From assembly GCA_944391485.1 (NCBI GenBank), contig CALXTQ010000018.1, forward strand, positions 22,619 to 86,618: a stretch of DNA of 64,000 bases. The letters are read 5' to 3'. The position numbers and the translations under genes are program-made. Source of the stretch: an uncultured Alphaproteobacteria bacterium. GTDB taxonomy: Bacteria > Pseudomonadota > Alphaproteobacteria > RF32 > CAG-239. The notes under the pieces were generated by a model. The model saw nothing but the letters and a program-made list of their open reading frames with translations. It was not told where the DNA came from and searched no databases. Each line of letters starts with the position of its first letter. Position 1 is the first letter of the stretch. Of the stretch, positions 16,777 to 26,215 are shown piece by piece.

Positions 16777-17133
16777 AGTCTTATTTTTTTAATTAATACT
16801 CTGTCTTAAGCATATTATGAAACATTCACCTGTTCAACAGTAAATACACAATAATGCTTTTTATAAAAATAATTATATCATATTTTTGCAATCAATACAA
16901 ATACAAAATTTGACAAAATATTAAAATTGTATTTGACGCAAACACACAATATCATGCTCCATAAAGTCTCTTCATTACAGAAATTTTGTGAGAAAGGTTT
17001 TAAAATAAGAAGATGACAGTGCTTTTGCAAAACAAATAAGTTTTTACTAGTCTGTATGTATATTCTGAATTGAAATTTTTATGAAGATGTGCAACGATCA
17101 ATTCGCAAAATTTTTGAAACAAAGGCGATTAAA

Positions 17134-17673
17134 ATGTTTTATTTTACTTATTACCAGTCTCCGGTCGGAAAACTTTTGCTAGCCAGTGACGGCGAAAATC
17201 TGACCGGAGTATGGCTTGAAAAGCAAAAATATTATGCGCAGACTCTGCCGTCGGAAGCGCAGAAAAAGCCGGATTTGCCGATTTTTGCCAAAACGTCTGC
17301 CTGGTTGGATCGGTATTTTGAAGGACTGAAGCCGGAAATTTCCGAGTTGCCTTTGGCTCCGCAAGGAGGTGAATTTCGTCAGATGGTTTGGAAAATCTTG
17401 TGTGAAATTCCCTGCGGTCAGATGCTGACTTACGGCGCCATTGCCAGAATGATTGCGGAACGGACCGGAAAGAAAAGCATGTCGGCGCAGGCGGTCGGCG
17501 GCGCCGTCGGACATAATCCCGTTTCCATTATCATCCCCTGCCACAGGGTGGTCGGCGCAGACGGGAGCCTGACCGGTTATGCCGGCGGTCTTGATGCCAA
17601 AATAAGGCTTTTGAAACTTGAAGGCGTCGATTTGTCGCGTTTATATCGTCCGGCGTCGGGGACAGCCTTATAG
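17134..17673 (+). CDS. ogt: methylated-DNA--protein-cysteine methyltransferase
   Basis: Active site IIIPCHRVVGADGSLTGY. ATG at 17134 (MFYFTYYQSPVGKL) preferred over the GTG at 17089. Confidence 0.85.
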   Translation: MFYFTYYQSPVGKLLLASDGENLTGVWLEKQKYYAQTLPSEAQKKPDLPIFAKTSAWLDRYFEGLKPEISELPLAPQGGEFRQMVWKILCEIPCGQMLTYGAIARMIAERTGKKSMSAQAVGGAVGHNPVSIIIPCHRVVGADGSLTGYAGGLDAKIRLLKLEGVDLSRLYRPASGTAL

Positions 17674-17819
17674 ATTAAGATTATATTTTGCCGGTTCTTC
17701 CCGGGGCGGTCCAAAAAAAGACGCGGAGGAGAAAAAGTCATGACTGTCTCCGTTGCAAAATGTGTTAAAGTCTTTTTTTGCTTCCATTTTTAACGTAATG
17801 TTATTATGCTGTCCGCATA

Positions 17820-18671
17820 ATGCAACTGTTGAGGAGAGTATCAATGACTAAAAAAGCGCTTAAAAACGACGGAATTTTCACGGCATCGCTGATTGACGGT
17901 TTTTTTTGCTGGCTGAAAAAGACTGCCTATAATAACTTTTTGGAAACAAATGAGAAGTGGTTTACCCGCGTCGGTCTCGGACTGATGTATTTTATATCGG
18001 TCATGTCTCTGGTCGTCTCAATTGTTTTCATTATGAAATACAATGCGCTGAACGGCGGGTATGTCTTTGCGGCCGGCATTTGCGGCCTTCTGGCAGCCGT
18101 CGTTTTGCAGTATATCGCGGCCAAAACCATTCCCTGCCTTAATCTTCTGGTATCCAACACGCCGGTAAAGCTGTCGTCGACCTCCGTTTTGGATATTGTC
18201 GCTCTGGCTGCCGGAATTTTCGGCGTCGTGGCTCTGCTGAGCGGTCTGATTATCTCAATCAAAGCCAGCAGTTTTCAGTTTTTTATAACCGGTCTTTCGA
18301 TTTTCGTAATCTGCGAATATTGGCTGGCAATGGCTCTGAAACCTGAATCTCTGAATATTGAAATCGTTAAAGACACTTCCGCGGGCGAAGAGTTTATCGG
18401 CTTGCTGACATTTTTTGCCAAAGGCTCCCTGAAAATTATTCCGGTTATTTTCTGCGGCTGCATGATTTTTGCGGCTTATGATCTGATTGCCATGATGTTT
18501 GTCAGGTACGATTATGTCAATGAAATAACCCGCGAGGCAGGGTTGGTGGTTTATGCCATGTGCGGTGCTCTGCTGCCGTTGTTTGGTTATGTTTCCTTTA
18601 TCGGATACTACTTTACGATTGACATTGCCCGGGCGGTCTTGTCCATCCCCGCAAAATTGGATAAAAAATAA
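17820..18671 (+). CDS. polytopic membrane protein, unknown function
   Basis: 283-aa ORF with at least 6 hydrophobic helices. A terminator follows at 18682-18717. The start could be the internal ATG (MTKKALKN). Confidence 0.5.
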   Translation: MQLLRRVSMTKKALKNDGIFTASLIDGFFCWLKKTAYNNFLETNEKWFTRVGLGLMYFISVMSLVVSIVFIMKYNALNGGYVFAAGICGLLAAVVLQYIAAKTIPCLNLLVSNTPVKLSSTSVLDIVALAAGIFGVVALLSGLIISIKASSFQFFITGLSIFVICEYWLAMALKPESLNIEIVKDTSAGEEFIGLLTFFAKGSLKIIPVIFCGCMIFAAYDLIAMMFVRYDYVNEITREAGLVVYAMCGALLPLFGYVSFIGYYFTIDIARAVLSIPAKLDKK

Positions 18672-18681
18672 GGATTCTTTC

Positions 18682-18717
18682 AAAAAAAACAGCCTCCCGC
18701 CGGAGGCTGTTTTTTTT
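18682..18717 (+). terminator. rho-independent terminator
   Basis: Stem ACAGCCTCC/GGAGGCTGT followed by T8. Confidence 0.7.
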
Positions 18718-18907
18718 GTGTATGTCGCTGAGAACGGAAATCCTGCCGTTCCTGAAAAGCAAATGATCGCTGCCGCTGGCGCTCCGGTTCCGGATAATGT
18801 CTTTGCCGCCGGAAAATTATTCTTTTCATAACTTTGCGATTTTGCGTGCATCTTTCTCTTAACGCGGTACTATTTCGACAAGCTGTAAAAAACGAAAGGA
18901 CGTTGTC

Positions 18908-19648
18908 ATGAATATGTCAAAGGAAAGCCTAAAGGCTTGCATAAAAAAATATGTTATGGAACCGCAGGGCAAAGCCAGAATCATCTGCTGGCTTTTGGCC
19001 GGCTTATTTGGTCTCTTCGGACTGCTGCTTGTATTGTCCGCCTTTTTGTCGGGGGCTGTTCTGCCCTTTGTTCTGTCGATCCCTGCATTTTTTGTTTTGG
19101 TAGCGTTGCCATTTGCTTTCTTCCATTTTTTCAAAAGAATGATCGACGCGCTCGGCAGCCGGGAAGCCTATGCGGCGGAACTTGCGGCGCAGACGGAAGG
19201 CTATAATGCGCTTCCATTTCGGGAGACTTACCGCGGCATGGCTTTTTACATGACGGCTTTTATTCTGATTATCACGGCATTGGTAGGTTTTTTTGCCTCA
19301 AATCTGGATATGATTTTTGAAACGGCGTTCATTATACCTTTAATGTATTGGATGAGAAAAGGTTCCCGCTGGGTTTTCCTGCTGGGCATGATCTGGTGGA
19401 CACTGGAAAAGCTGATCCAGCTTCAGGACATATTTCCCCGTGCCGCTTCCGTCAGCGTTATCATTTGGCTGGTTTTGGTGGATTATATTTATTATCAGGC
19501 TTTTCTGGTTGAGCGCGGCGCGGCGGCGCTGGCCAAGGAAAATCCGGAATACCGCAAACGTACGGTCAGAGATATTCTGGTCGGTCTGGCCGTCTTCGTG
19601 GTTATGCTGGTCGGTTTGACGCTGCTGACGCAAAGTATGGGTTTTTAG
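18908..19648 (+). CDS. polytopic membrane protein, unknown function
   Basis: 246 aa with several long hydrophobic segments. Hairpin (CCCGCGG/CCGCGGG) plus T-run downstream. Confidence 0.5.
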   Translation: MNMSKESLKACIKKYVMEPQGKARIICWLLAGLFGLFGLLLVLSAFLSGAVLPFVLSIPAFFVLVALPFAFFHFFKRMIDALGSREAYAAELAAQTEGYNALPFRETYRGMAFYMTAFILIITALVGFFASNLDMIFETAFIIPLMYWMRKGSRWVFLLGMIWWTLEKLIQLQDIFPRAASVSVIIWLVLVDYIYYQAFLVERGAAALAKENPEYRKRTVRDILVGLAVFVVMLVGLTLLTQSMGF

Positions 19649-19775
19649 GCTGTTGTTCCAGAAGTCCCGCGGTTTTGTGCCGCGGGATTTTTTTGTAAAA
19701 AGAAGAAATAATATTTGACTTAAATTTCATAAAAAGAAGGTTATGTTAAAGAGGAATTTTTTGAGGAGAAACGAG

Positions 19776-20723
19776 ATGAAAGTAGGAATAGTCGGCGCCG
19801 GTCTGGTCGGCAGCACAACCGCTTATACGCTGGCCATAGAGGGAACCGCCAGCGAAATCGTTCTGGTAGATATTAATAAAATTCGCGCCGAGGCCGAAGC
19901 GGACGACATTACGCACGCGACGGCATTCAAACAGGACTGCCGTATCATTGAAGGGGATTATAAAGATCTGGAAGGCGCGGATGTTGTCATCATAACCGCA
20001 GACGGCGCGCCGAATTTCAATAATTCGCGGCTGGAGCTGGTTAACGGCAATACCAAAATGTTTGAAACGATTATCCCCTATATCGCGACCTATGCGCCGT
20101 TTTCAATAATTATTGTTACTACCAATCCGGTTGATGTCATGACCAGCGTTGCTCTGAAATTGTCCGGTTTTCCCGAAAACAGGGTCATCGGCTCCGGAAC
20201 GGTTTTGGATACGGCCCGTTTTCGGTCGCTGCTGGGACAATATCTGGGCATATCGCCGAAATCTCTTCATGCGCTGGTTTTGGGAGAACATGGCGATTCG
20301 GCGGTGGTTTCCTGGTCGACGGCGAGAGTCGGTGCCATGGATATTGAGGAATTTGCCCGCGACATGGGAAAAGAGCTGAATGATGCCAATAAAAAGAAAA
20401 TCGCGGAGGAAGTCGTCCAGATTGCTTATAAGATTTATCACGGCAAAAAAGCGACTTATTACGGCATTGCCGGCGCTCTGAGCACAATTTGCAAGGCGAT
20501 TGCCAAAGATGAAAAAAGAGTTCTTACCGTCAGCGCCCGACACGGGAATATCGACGGGTTGCACGATGTTTGTCTGTCTCTGCCGACGGTTATCGGCAAA
20601 GACGGCGTTATCAGGACAATGCTTCCCCGCCTGTCGCCGGAAGAAATGCAAAAACTCAAGACAAGCGCGGAAATATTATGCGGTGTTCAGCAGCAGGCCT
20701 GCGCTCTGCTTAAAGAGTTATAA
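19776..20723 (+). CDS. ldh: L-lactate dehydrogenase
   Basis: MKVGIVGAGLVGST Rossmann N-terminus, VLVDIN, TNPVD, LGEHGDS (LDH-type rather than GGHGD MDH-type). Internal ATG chosen over the track start at 19743. Confidence 0.8.
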   Translation: MKVGIVGAGLVGSTTAYTLAIEGTASEIVLVDINKIRAEAEADDITHATAFKQDCRIIEGDYKDLEGADVVIITADGAPNFNNSRLELVNGNTKMFETIIPYIATYAPFSIIIVTTNPVDVMTSVALKLSGFPENRVIGSGTVLDTARFRSLLGQYLGISPKSLHALVLGEHGDSAVVSWSTARVGAMDIEEFARDMGKELNDANKKKIAEEVVQIAYKIYHGKKATYYGIAGALSTICKAIAKDEKRVLTVSARHGNIDGLHDVCLSLPTVIGKDGVIRTMLPRLSPEEMQKLKTSAEILCGVQQQACALLKEL

Positions 20724-20965
20724 TTGCGAAAAAACAAAAAATTTATACCGCGGATTGTGGGCCGCGGTATTTTTTTTGCATTTGTCTTATTTTTGTCTAG
20801 ACGGCTTTGCAGAAATGTGATATACAAGAGTCGTGAACAAGTTATTCTGCGGTTGTATTTTTATAGAGTGTAATAAGCAATATAAATATTGCCGTTTACA
20901 TCGGAAGATAATTTTTTCACATCAATGAGCATATCGCTGATTGATAATCTTAAAAAACAAATAAA

Positions 20966-21208
20966 ATGAAAAGAAATCCAAGAACTCCGGTAATGAGAAA
21001 GAGCGCTGAAAAAATTCGTTTGTCGAATAAGGAGGCTCGCGCCCAGAGAATTGAACGTTTTGAAGAAGAATGTTCGGAAATGAGTATCTTCGAGTTAGCA
21101 GACACGCTGAATGCGGAAGTCAACAAAATGGAGAGGGACGAGTTGAAAATCAGTGTTCTCCGCCGGCTGATCAGAGATTCGGGAACCTTGGAACCCGAAG
21201 ATTATTAA
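20966..21208 (+). CDS. hypothetical 80-aa charged protein
   Basis: ORF followed by a hairpin (AACCCGTAAG.../CTTGCGGGTT) plus T-run. No motif recognised. Confidence 0.35.
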   Translation: MKRNPRTPVMRKSAEKIRLSNKEARAQRIERFEEECSEMSIFELADTLNAEVNKMERDELKISVLRRLIRDSGTLEPEDY

Positions 21209-21320
21209 AGAATACGAACCCGTAAGTTGATAAAAACTTGCGGGTTTTCGTTTTTTAAACTGGTAATTTTATTTATAAATCTTATCTTATAAAGCAGAGT
21301 TGAATTTAAGGAGATAGAGA

Positions 21321-21722
21321 ATGAAAAAGATTTTATCCGCGGCTTTTGCTTTTCTGCTTTTGGCCGCCTGTCAGAAAGGGGACACCGGTTTTGCCGGAAA
21401 CGAGTATCGTCTGGAAGAGGCTCCGGACGGCGCTGAAATTACCATTTCTTTTGATGGCGCCGAGAAGCGGTTTTACGGCAAGTCGGCGGTTAATCGTTAC
21501 TTTGGCCCTTACGAGCAGGAAGGAAACAGCCTGGTATTCGGCGCTACCGGCTCAACCATGATGGCGGGGCCGGAAAACCTTATGGAGGCCGAGCAGGAAT
21601 ATCTGCAGTTTTTGTCCGGGGTCAAATCCTTCCGTCTTGACGGCGATACGCTGATTCTGATCGACGGCAGCGGCAAAGAGCTGATATTTAAGAAAATCGG
21701 TACGGTCAAAACCGAAGAGTAA
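21321..21722 (+). CDS. META-domain (HslJ-like) lipoprotein
   Basis: Lipobox LLLAAC. RFYGKSAVNRYFGPYEQEGNSLVFG..GSTMMAG...E.EYLQFL...F.LDGDTLIL follows the META-domain pattern. Confidence 0.6.
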   Translation: MKKILSAAFAFLLLAACQKGDTGFAGNEYRLEEAPDGAEITISFDGAEKRFYGKSAVNRYFGPYEQEGNSLVFGATGSTMMAGPENLMEAEQEYLQFLSGVKSFRLDGDTLILIDGSGKELIFKKIGTVKTEE

Positions 21723-21848
21723 ACGCGAAAGCGGGGAATTTCCCCGCTTTTTTATATGTCAGAATCCTATTGTATTTTATATCGGCATATGTTAGGGATT
21801 AATAATCTTTTATATGCATTATGAAAACAATTTTAAATCTATTATTAT

Positions 21849-22217
21849 ATGGAAACAAATTTGATTCTTTTAGCCGTATTGTCGATTTTCTGGCTGGGCG
21901 CTGTCTGTGTTCTGGTTGGCGAATTTATCGGTACCGGTTTCGGAGAAATGATTGAGACTGTTTTTTTCGAGCTGAACAAGGGGCTTGCCCTTCCGCGGAA
22001 AAAATACCAAAGAGCGCTGCTTTGCTGCTATCTGCTGTGTCTGGCGGCCTTTATTGTCAGCGGCTGCCTGGAAAGGCTCGAGTATGCGGCATTCGTCGTT
22101 TTCATGATTTTTCCGCGCAGTGCGGTAGTTTTCTTATCCGTTCCCGCTATGCTTATTGCCGGAATTGTAAATATCTGGCGGCAATTGGTGGACGGTTTTG
22201 AAAAAATGTTGCTTTAA
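21849..22217 (+). CDS. small membrane protein
   Basis: 122 aa, 3-4 hydrophobic helices. Terminator immediately downstream. Confidence 0.4.
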   Translation: METNLILLAVLSIFWLGAVCVLVGEFIGTGFGEMIETVFFELNKGLALPRKKYQRALLCCYLLCLAAFIVSGCLERLEYAAFVVFMIFPRSAVVFLSVPAMLIAGIVNIWRQLVDGFEKMLL

Positions 22218-22219
22218 GT

Positions 22220-22251
22220 AAAAATCCGGGAACTGAATTCCCGGATTTTTT
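22220..22251. terminator. rho-independent terminator (A-run/T-run flanked)
   Basis: Stem ATCCGGGAA/TTCCCGGAT with loop CTGAA. Confidence 0.7.
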
Positions 22252-22416
22252 GGGTACAAACAACGGCCTTTTTGTTTTGCCGGAAGAGAAGCGGAGGGGC
22301 TTGCGCAGTGTCTTCAGTCATATCGCCGGGGCAGTTTTTTAAAGAAACGGTGTCTCCAAATATTGGGACGGAAGGTCTTGAGGAAAACACGCGGCCGGCA
22401 TCTGCGCTGTTGACTG

Positions 22417-23433
22417 TTATCTGGCAAAAACCGCGTCTTTCAGGCGCTTAAGGGTCGCCTGAGCCGCCGGCCGAGCCCTCCGGGCGCCGTCAGCCAGCAT
22501 CTCTTCGACCTCGTCAAAATGCGCCATGTAATAATTGTATTTTTCCCGAATGCCTCCAATTTCTTTGATAACCGCGTCCAGAAGCATGTTCTTGATATGG
22601 CCGTAACCGAGTTTTCCCTGCCGCAGACCGTCGCCCATTTCCTGAATCTGTTCCGGTGTGGCGATCGATTTATAGATTTCATAAACCAGAATTTCATCCG
22701 GATTTTTTGGCTCTTCCATCGGGCGCGAGTCTGTTTTAATGGAAAAAATGGCTTTTTTGATGGATTTGTCGTCTTCAAAAAGCGGAATAACATTGCCGTA
22801 AGACTTGCTCATCTTGCGCCCGTCGATTCCGGGGACGACGGCCACGCGTTCATCAATATAATAAGTTGGAAGATGCAGAAGTTCTTTGTTGTAATGGGCA
22901 TTAATGGCGCCGGCGATATCCCGGGCGATTTCCACATGCTGAACTTGGTCTTTGCCTACGGGAACGATGTCTGAATCATAAGCTACGATGTCGGTGGCCA
23001 TCAGGGTCGGATATGTGTACAGTCCCATATTAATTCCGTCGTCATCGGGTTTTCCGGCCTCGCGGTTTTTATCGACGGCAGCCTTATAGGCATGCGCCTT
23101 GTTCATAAAGCCTTTGGGGGTATAAGCGTATAAAATGGTTGTAATTTCGTGAACTTCCGGAATGTCCGACTGCCGGAAAAAGACCGACTGGGCGGGATCC
23201 AGTCCGCCGGCAAGGTAAACGCAGGCGATCTCGCGGAGTTTCTGGTTCAGCACTTCCGGATTTTTTTCGGCATTAATGGCATGGTAGTCGGCAATAAACA
23301 TATAGTGTTTGCCGCCGGTCTTAAGAGCTTCCCGACCGAGGGCAATAGCCGGCTTTATGGCGCCGAGATAGTTGCCGAGATGAGGGGTTCCCGTTGGTTT
23401 GACGCCGGTTAATACAACTTTTCCTTCAAACAT
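22417..23433 (-). CDS. trpS: tryptophan--tRNA ligase
   Basis: HIGH-type TGTPHLGNYLGA and KMSKS present. 338 aa. Confidence 0.92.
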   Translation of the reverse strand: MFEGKVVLTGVKPTGTPHLGNYLGAIKPAIALGREALKTGGKHYMFIADYHAINAEKNPEVLNQKLREIACVYLAGGLDPAQSVFFRQSDIPEVHEITTILYAYTPKGFMNKAHAYKAAVDKNREAGKPDDDGINMGLYTYPTLMATDIVAYDSDIVPVGKDQVQHVEIARDIAGAINAHYNKELLHLPTYYIDERVAVVPGIDGRKMSKSYGNVIPLFEDDKSIKKAIFSIKTDSRPMEEPKNPDEILVYEIYKSIATPEQIQEMGDGLRQGKLGYGHIKNMLLDAVIKEIGGIREKYNYYMAHFDEVEEMLADGARRARPAAQATLKRLKDAVFAR

Positions 23434-23534
23434 TTTCGCTTATATCCTTCAATTTTCTATTGTAATTATTTGTAAAATTGATACTCTAACCGCTGATTTA
23501 AATCAATAAAAATTAATAATATGGGACATTAAAA

Positions 23535-24818
23535 ATGCTGGATATTAAATACATCGCCGAAAACAAGGAACTGATCGAAGACGGATTGAGAAAAAAAGGT
23601 TACGCCGATATTAACGTTTCGGAGCTGATATCACTGCATCTGTCCATAAACAAACTCAAGACCTCATCTCAGGCGCTGGCGGAAGAGAAAAACAAGCTGA
23701 GTAATTCCATCAAGAGCGCGACGCCCGACGAGCGTCCGGCCATTATTGCCAAAAGCCGCGAATTAGGAGAAGAACTGAAGAAGCAGCAGGATGAACTGGC
23801 CGCCGAACAGGCTAAGTTTGATAATATCATGCTGCGTATGCCCAACATGCCGAGCCCGGAAAGCCCGGTCGGAAAAGACGACAGTGAAAACGTCGTCCGT
23901 CGCAAAGTAGGAGAACCGACAAAATTTGATTTTGAACCCAAAGACCATGTCGAACTGATGGAGCTCAATGACTGGAGCGAAATGGAGCGCATTGCCAAAG
24001 TTTCCGGTTCCAGAACTTATGCGATTAAGAACGATTTGGCCAAGCTTGAGCTTGCCGTCCATATGCTGGTTTTGGATAAGCTTGCCGCCAACGGCTTCAC
24101 GATTATTAACGTGCCTTCCATCTCCAAGGAAAAGCCTCTGTACGGACAGGGATATCTTCCCTTTTCCCGGGATGAAATTTATTATATGCCCGAAGATGAT
24201 ATTTATCTGTCGGGAACGGCGGAACTGATTCTGAACTCGCTGCGCGCGGACGAAATTCTTTCTGAAAACGAGCTGCCGATTCTTTATGCCGGATTTTCGC
24301 CCTGTTTCCGCCGGGAAGCGGGAGCCGCCGGCAAAGATACGCGCGGTCTGACGCGGGTGCACCAGTTTATGAAAACCGAACAGTTTGTCATCTGCAAAAA
24401 TGATATTGCCGAGAGCGAAAAATGGCATCAGAAACTGCTGGCGATTTCTGAAGAAGTGCTGCAGGATCTGGAACTGCCGTATCAGGTTCTGGAGGTTTGT
24501 ACCGGAGATATGGGGGCACCCAAATACCGTCAGTACGATCTGGAAGCCTGGGTGCCGACGCAGCACTGCTATCGCGAAACGCACAGCTGCTCGAACATTA
24601 CCGAATGGCAGGCCCGCCGGACCAACCTCCGCTACCGGGACAATGCCGACGGCAAGGTCAGATATGTCCATACCCTGAACAATACCGGCGTCGCAACGCC
24701 GCGTATTCTAGTTCCGTTCCTCGAAAATCATCAGCAGGCAGACGGAACGGTCAGAATTCCCGAAAAGCTCAGACCGTATATGGGCGGAAAAGAATTTATC
24801 GGCAAAAATGCAAAATAA
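23535..24818 (+). CDS. serS: serine--tRNA ligase
   Basis: MLDIKYI coiled-coil N-arm, class II motifs FRRE.G..GKDTRGL.RVHQF and TLNNTGVATPR. Confidence 0.92.
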   Translation: MLDIKYIAENKELIEDGLRKKGYADINVSELISLHLSINKLKTSSQALAEEKNKLSNSIKSATPDERPAIIAKSRELGEELKKQQDELAAEQAKFDNIMLRMPNMPSPESPVGKDDSENVVRRKVGEPTKFDFEPKDHVELMELNDWSEMERIAKVSGSRTYAIKNDLAKLELAVHMLVLDKLAANGFTIINVPSISKEKPLYGQGYLPFSRDEIYYMPEDDIYLSGTAELILNSLRADEILSENELPILYAGFSPCFRREAGAAGKDTRGLTRVHQFMKTEQFVICKNDIAESEKWHQKLLAISEEVLQDLELPYQVLEVCTGDMGAPKYRQYDLEAWVPTQHCYRETHSCSNITEWQARRTNLRYRDNADGKVRYVHTLNNTGVATPRILVPFLENHQQADGTVRIPEKLRPYMGGKEFIGKNAK

Positions 24819-24853
24819 GAACATTCCCGGTTTCGGCCGGGATGTTTTTTAGG

Positions 24854-25492
24854 ATGAAAGCCATGGAGCAGGTTGCAAAAATAATCGGTTTTATGAAAAT
24901 AGTGGAGAACCTCTGTCAGATTGAGAGGGATAATCTGATGAGCGGCGGGCGCCGGGAAACCGATTCCGATCATATTATGAAACTGGCCTGTCTGATTATG
25001 TTTCTGCGGCCGTATCTGATCCGGGAAGTCGATTATGTCAAAATGCTGGAAATGGCCCTCGTCCACGATATGGTGGAGGCTCGTTCGGGAGACTATTCTC
25101 TGTCGGCGCAGGTCGGAAATCCCGCGCTGAGAGAACAAAAGAAAAAGGCGGAGACCGAAGCCGTGGAATATTATAAATCTATTTTGCCGCCACCCTTGAA
25201 TGAAAAGATTTATGACCTATTTATGGAATATGAGCGGCGAGAAACCGACGAGGCCAAAATTGTCTGGTGTCTGGACAAACTGGAAGCCAACCTGCAGGCC
25301 AACCGGTTTTCCGACGGAGACGTCCGTTATTGGGCGGACTGCGAAAACGGAGACTGGTACTATCGCTGCGCCGTAACGGAAAAACCGCTTGTCAGAGAGT
25401 TAAACGAACCTGTTTTGACGGAGTTGGAAAAGGCGATTATCAGCATATCAAAGGAGAATATCGCAAAATGCGGAATAAAAATCTGCGGATAG
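24854..25492 (+). CDS. HD-domain 5'-deoxynucleotidase-like protein (YfbR family-like)
   Basis: RRETDSDHIMKLA ... ALVHDMVEARSGD. The track ORF (from 24497) runs back through serS and its terminator, so I start after the terminator (ATG at 24854 or 24863). Confidence 0.65.
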   Translation: MKAMEQVAKIIGFMKIVENLCQIERDNLMSGGRRETDSDHIMKLACLIMFLRPYLIREVDYVKMLEMALVHDMVEARSGDYSLSAQVGNPALREQKKKAETEAVEYYKSILPPPLNEKIYDLFMEYERRETDEAKIVWCLDKLEANLQANRFSDGDVRYWADCENGDWYYRCAVTEKPLVRELNEPVLTELEKAIISISKENIAKCGIKICG

Positions 25493-26151
25493 ACAATCTC
25501 AGGATAGTCGTTTTTGACTGGGACAATACGCTGGCGGAAACCCGTACGCCGTTGATCTATTCCGTTAACCGCGTTTTGGAGGAATACGGCCTCCCGGACT
25601 GGAAAATATCCAAGCAGCTGCGAGATCCCAATTTGTCTTTCCGCGACAATTTTCCCCGGATATTCGGCGAAAAGGCTGAAGAAGCTTACGAAAGATATGT
25701 CGAGATTTATCTGAATAACGTAGCCGGACTGATTTCGACATTTAAGAACACGGACAAAGTGCTGCGTTTTTTTCACGACCATCACATCCTGATGACAATT
25801 ATGACCAATAAAGACCGCCGGCTGCTGGAGTTTGAACTGCCGCTGCTTTTTGACAGAACGCTTTTTATCAAAATAGTATGCGGACATGAGGCCGAACGGG
25901 ACAAGCCTTTTCCCGAGCATGCCAGATATACCCTGCGGGGGCTGATAAAGGATGAGGACATTTCTCCCGAAACGGTATGGATCATCGGCGACAGCCCGCA
26001 GGATTCATCCTGCGCCTGCGGCATTAATGCTCTGCCAATTCGCATTGGCGAGTCCATATGGGGGGATGACGAAAAACACGGCGATAAAATCATTTATTAC
26101 AGGGATTTTGGTGATTTTTACCGCCGTCTGTTGCACAGCGCCGATAATTAG
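25468..26151 (+). CDS. HAD-superfamily phosphatase
   Basis: AAGGAG at 25451, ATG at 25468. Motif I VVFDWDNTLA, motif II MTNK, motif III-like WIIGDSPQD. Overlaps the previous gene by 25 nt. Confidence 0.7.
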   Translation: MRNKNLRIDNLRIVVFDWDNTLAETRTPLIYSVNRVLEEYGLPDWKISKQLRDPNLSFRDNFPRIFGEKAEEAYERYVEIYLNNVAGLISTFKNTDKVLRFFHDHHILMTIMTNKDRRLLEFELPLLFDRTLFIKIVCGHEAERDKPFPEHARYTLRGLIKDEDISPETVWIIGDSPQDSSCACGINALPIRIGESIWGDDEKHGDKIIYYRDFGDFYRRLLHSADN

Positions 26152-26215
26152 CAAAATTTTAAGTACCTGTGTCATATACTCTGCCTGATTTTAATAAGCA
26201 TCGGGGAGGTTGGGT

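Noticed and set aside
22252-22416. SRP (4.5S) RNA
   Set aside because: The GGACGGAAGGTCTTGAGG segment lacks the conserved GGAAGGAAGCAGCC-type domain IV motif on either strand.
24497-25492. 331-aa ORF overlapping the serS 3' end
   Set aside because: Its first ~118 codons lie inside serS in another frame and cross the serS terminator. The HD-domain homology starts only after 24854.
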